Part shown: positions 61,061-64,000 of the stretch, piece after piece
Layout of the letters: each line of letters starts with the position of its first letter
Numbering within the stretch: position 1 is the stretch's first letter
Source: Gaiellaceae bacterium
GTDB taxonomy: Bacteria; Actinomycetota; Thermoleophilia; Gaiellales; Gaiellaceae
Assembly (NCBI GenBank): GCA_036271235.1
Contig: DATBBA010000002.1
Span: 802-64,801, forward strand
Direction of reading: 5' to 3'
Length of the DNA: 64,000 nt
Notes under the pieces: model-generated
What the model saw: the letters and a program-made list of their open reading frames with translations, nothing else
Databases searched by the model: none
Told to the model about the DNA's origin: nothing
Translations under genes and position numbers: made by a program

Positions 61061-61858
61061 ATGACGGAGAAGGTCCTGATGGAAGAGATGACATGGCCGG
61101 AGATCAAGGAGGCCATGGAGGCGGGAAGAACAACAGCTCTCCTGGCGTGTGGCGCCTCAGAACAGCACGGGCCGCATCTCCCGACCGGCACGGACACATA
61201 CCTCGGGTCGGCGATCGCCGAGCGGGCCGCACGGATCGCAGGTAACGCGCTTGTCGCCCCGACGCTCCGCCCTGGCCTCTCGGAGCACCACATGCACTTC
61301 CCCGGCTCCTTCTCGCTTCGCATCGAGACGTTCGTTGCGTTGCTCGAGGACTACTGTGAGAGCCTCGCCCGTCAAGGGTTCGAGCGGATCGTGCTCTTCC
61401 CGTCCCACGGCGGCAACTCCGACGTGATGCGAGCGTATGGCCCGACACTCGCGCGGGCGCAGCGAGGCAGGTGCGAGGTCATCGTCCGCGCCGGCGCAGA
61501 CTTCCAGAAGATGTTCGACCTCCTCGCCGGCCGGGGTGTCGGCATGGGCGCCGCCGGGGTGCACGCGGGCTACGCGGAGACCTCGGAAATGCTGGAATGC
61601 CAGCCGCACCTGGTGCACATGGATCGTGCCGTTCCGGGGCGCTGCGACGAAGACTTCTACAAGCCCGAGAACATCGGCCGCTCGCAGATGGAGTCATACC
61701 TCGAAGGCATCCAGACGCAGAGCCCGACCGGGGTTCTCGGCGACCCGACGGGAGCGACGGCCGAGGCAGGCGTCGAGATCCTCGAGCTCCTCGCCAGGGG
61801 AGTTGCGGCCGACGCGACTGCTTCGACCGAGCATGTCGCTCTGACACAGCCGACATAG
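61061..61858 (+). CDS. creatininase-family amidohydrolase (second copy in window)
   Basis: AGGGGGAG SD. ACGASEQHGPHLPTGTD, PSHGGN and HAGYAETS motifs. Confidence 0.8.
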   Translation: MTEKVLMEEMTWPEIKEAMEAGRTTALLACGASEQHGPHLPTGTDTYLGSAIAERAARIAGNALVAPTLRPGLSEHHMHFPGSFSLRIETFVALLEDYCESLARQGFERIVLFPSHGGNSDVMRAYGPTLARAQRGRCEVIVRAGADFQKMFDLLAGRGVGMGAAGVHAGYAETSEMLECQPHLVHMDRAVPGRCDEDFYKPENIGRSQMESYLEGIQTQSPTGVLGDPTGATAEAGVEILELLARGVAADATASTEHVALTQPT

Positions 61859-61879
61859 CCCACAGAACCCAGTTGTTCA

Positions 61880-61916
61880 CACGCGCGCGGCGCCCGAGTC
61901 GGCCCCGGCGCGCGTG
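61880..61916 (+). terminator. GC-rich hairpin after the creatininase-family gene
   Basis: CACGCGCGC ... GCGCGCGTG 9-bp stem, starting 22 nt after the stop. Confidence 0.4.
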
Positions 61917-61985
61917 ATGCTGCAACGGGATGGCATAGCTGCAGGGATTTGACGCGAGATCAGGCATTTGCCAGAGTGGTAGTAC

Positions 61986-63401
61986 GTGACATTGGACTGG
62001 CCACTTGGCGACATTTTTGAGACCGTCGACGACTCCTCCGAGGAGCTCGTCGGTGACCTCCGTCGCGTGCTGAGGCAGCCGAGCGTTACGGACAACGAGG
62101 CGGACTGCAAAGCCTGTGCGGAACTCGTTGCCGGACTGATTCGGGACTCGGGCTTCGAGGCGGAGCTGCTTCCGTCCTGGCACAACCCGCTCGTGTTCGG
62201 CCGGACAGAACAACGCGAGGGACGGCCGACGCTCCTCGTCACGGGGCACTACGACGTGGTACCGACCGGACCGGAAGCAGATTGGAGATACCCGCCGTTC
62301 TCGGCCGAGCTGGACGATCGTGGAACGATCTTCGCCCGTGGAGCGTGCGACCCGAAGGGCAACATCGTGGCCAGTATTGAGGCCGCACGGGTGCTCCAGC
62401 GAACGTTTGGCGACACAGCCGTCAACCTGAAATTCCTGTTCGAGGGCGACGACGAGGGCCCCGGCGAGCATCTGACGAAGATGACCTCGTTCGCAGAGGC
62501 ACACCGTGATCTCCTGTGCGCGGATGCCGTCCTTCTCGTGGACTCGGGATTCTCGAGAAGCGGCCACAGCGCGATCCATCTCGGCACCGCTGGTTCTCTC
62601 GCGCTGGAGCTCAAAGTGCGGACGGGAAGCAAGCCGCCGGCCTACATTCATACGCAGCTCGTTCCCGACGCCGCTTTCCGTCTCGTCTGGGCGATGGCGA
62701 GCTTGAAGTCGCCCGATGAACGCGTCACGGTCGAGGGGTTCTACGACGACGTCCGTGCTCCCTCACCTTCTGCGGACGCGTGGCTCGCCGAGGTGCCCTG
62801 GAACGACGAGGCCGAGCGCGCGTTCTGGGGAGTGAGCGAGCTCCTCACCGGCGTGAGCGGGCTCGACGCCGTACGCAGGATGGTGTACGCGCCGACCTGT
62901 TCGATTCATGGAATCGAGCCGGGGCTCGAACGGGCGAACTCCGACAGCATGGTTCCAAACGAGGCACGCGCCTGGATCAACTTCCATCTCGTCGCCGATC
63001 AAAATCCTGACGACATCTACCGGAAGGTGCGCCGACACCTCGACCTGCATGGGTTCGAGGACGTCGAGATCGAGACCGTTCGCAGCTTCGCTCCATTGGG
63101 CGGCGCCTCGCCGGATGCCCCGATCGGCCAGGCGGCGCTGAAGGCCTCAAGCCAAGCCGGCGTCGGGGCGTATCTCCTCCCTGACAGCTATGAGATCGGA
63201 GACAAGTGGTGCTGTCTCGCGGACAGGCTGGGCATCGACGGCGCGCTCTTCGGAATCGGTGACCCCGATCGAGCCGCTCACATGCCGAACGAGCACATTT
63301 CCGTCGACTACTTCCTGCAGGGAATCAAGTGGATTGCGGCGACCTACTGCGAGTTCGCCACGGCCGCGCATCCCTTGCAGCCGGCCCAGATCGGTGCTTG
63401 A
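61986..63401 (+). CDS. M20-family metallopeptidase (dipeptidase/ArgE-DapE-like)
   Basis: LLVTGHYDVVP, GACDPKGN, FEGDDEGPG, and C-terminal HMPNEH. GTG start. Confidence 0.85.
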   Translation: MTLDWPLGDIFETVDDSSEELVGDLRRVLRQPSVTDNEADCKACAELVAGLIRDSGFEAELLPSWHNPLVFGRTEQREGRPTLLVTGHYDVVPTGPEADWRYPPFSAELDDRGTIFARGACDPKGNIVASIEAARVLQRTFGDTAVNLKFLFEGDDEGPGEHLTKMTSFAEAHRDLLCADAVLLVDSGFSRSGHSAIHLGTAGSLALELKVRTGSKPPAYIHTQLVPDAAFRLVWAMASLKSPDERVTVEGFYDDVRAPSPSADAWLAEVPWNDEAERAFWGVSELLTGVSGLDAVRRMVYAPTCSIHGIEPGLERANSDSMVPNEARAWINFHLVADQNPDDIYRKVRRHLDLHGFEDVEIETVRSFAPLGGASPDAPIGQAALKASSQAGVGAYLLPDSYEIGDKWCCLADRLGIDGALFGIGDPDRAAHMPNEHISVDYFLQGIKWIAATYCEFATAAHPLQPAQIGA

Positions 63402-63426
63402 GCTCGGTCTGACCATCGAGAGCCCA

Positions 63427-64000
63427 ATGTCGATCACGTCCGACCCAGCTCCGACGACCTCACGACGGCCGGCAGCGCCGACCGTGCTCGCGGTCGAGGA
63501 CCTGAGCGTCGCCTACAGAAAATCGCGGGTCGGATCGCAGAGCGGCGGTGGAACGTTTCACGCCGTGCAGAACGTTTCGCTCGCGGTCCATGCGGGCGAG
63601 GTCGTCGCGCTCATCGGCGAATCGGGCTCGGGCAAGAGCTCGCTCGCGATGGCGATCGCACAGCTCGGGCGCATCAGCGGCGGCAGCGTCCGTCTCAACG
63701 GCGACGAGCTGACGGAGCTACGCGGCCGCGCCCTCCGGCGCCGGCGCCCTGACTTCCAGATGATCTTTCAGGACCCGCACGGGTCACTCGATCCACATCA
63801 GACGATGCGATCCGGGCTCGGCGAGCTACGCCGCGTCCACCCCGAGCGCTCCGGCTGGATCTCGAACGAAGACCTCCTCACCCGAGTCGGCCTTCAGCCC
63901 TCCATCCTCACCCGCCTCCCCGGAGAGATGAGCGGCGGCCAGGCCCAGCGTATGGTGATCGCCCGTACGTTGCTCCTGCGGCCGACGCTTCTCATCGCAG
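63427..64000 (+). CDS. peptide-type (Dpp/Opp-like) ABC transporter ATP-binding protein, truncated by window edge
   Basis: Walker A GESGSGKSS, MIFQDP, and signature MSGGQAQRM. The frame is open to position 64000. Confidence 0.85.
   Translation, partial: MSITSDPAPTTSRRPAAPTVLAVEDLSVAYRKSRVGSQSGGGTFHAVQNVSLAVHAGEVVALIGESGSGKSSLAMAIAQLGRISGGSVRLNGDELTELRGRALRRRRPDFQMIFQDPHGSLDPHQTMRSGLGELRRVHPERSGWISNEDLLTRVGLQPSILTRLPGEMSGGQAQRMVIARTLLLRPTLLIA

Overview
High-GC (about 70% by eye), densely coding, actinobacterium-like chromosomal segment. I support about 50 protein-coding genes, many joined by 4-8 nt start/stop overlaps (ATGA, GTGA, TTGA). I recognised no rRNA, tRNA, CRISPR array, transposase, integrase or prophage gene. 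The many long Arg/Pro/Gly-rich ORFs in the track are antisense or off-frame shadows of real genes, as expected at this GC content. Contents from left to right: a Tat-exported molybdopterin oxidoreductase subunit (runs off the left edge) preceded by a decayed 2Fe-2S subunit gene; a ROK kinase; an MMPL transporter; a NDH-2 fused to a cyclic-nucleotide-binding (CNB) domain; a four-gene coupled operon (CNB-patatin lipase, alpha/beta-hydrolase-enolase fusion, GH3 amido synthetase, stand-alone CNB protein); an M29 aminopeptidase; a 1823-aa secreted sedolisin (S53) fused to 13-14 BNR propeller blades and Ig-like repeats; a DrrAB-like ABC exporter; an OmpA-domain protein; a NarL-type two-component system; a membrane-anchored thermonuclease; an ECF sigma/anti-sigma pair; a uracil-DNA glycosylase; rsgA; a SARP/NB-ARC/TPR regulator flanked by small secreted proteins; a ferritin-like/ADH/creatininase-family operon; a GntR-controlled ribose operon (rbsKBACD order); an 830-aa FG-GAP propeller protein ending in a poly-proline tail; DMT and MFS transporters; and an amide/peptide-salvage cluster (amidase, GGT, creatininase-family, M20 peptidase, peptide ABC ATPase running off the right edge). 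The most interesting signals are: (1) the cNMP-linked lipase/enolase/GH3 operon, which looks like an undescribed acyl-amino-acid or lipid-signal pathway; (2) three signal-peptide-less proteins sharing an N-terminal LQxxAGNxxVxxLL-type leader attached to cell-envelope-related domains; (3) two giant surface proteins sharing an Ig-like plus C-terminal module, one copy interrupted by poly-proline tracts; (4) a small-subunit gene remnant in front of an apparently intact Mo-subunit gene. All family calls come from motif recognition by eye. No database search was run.
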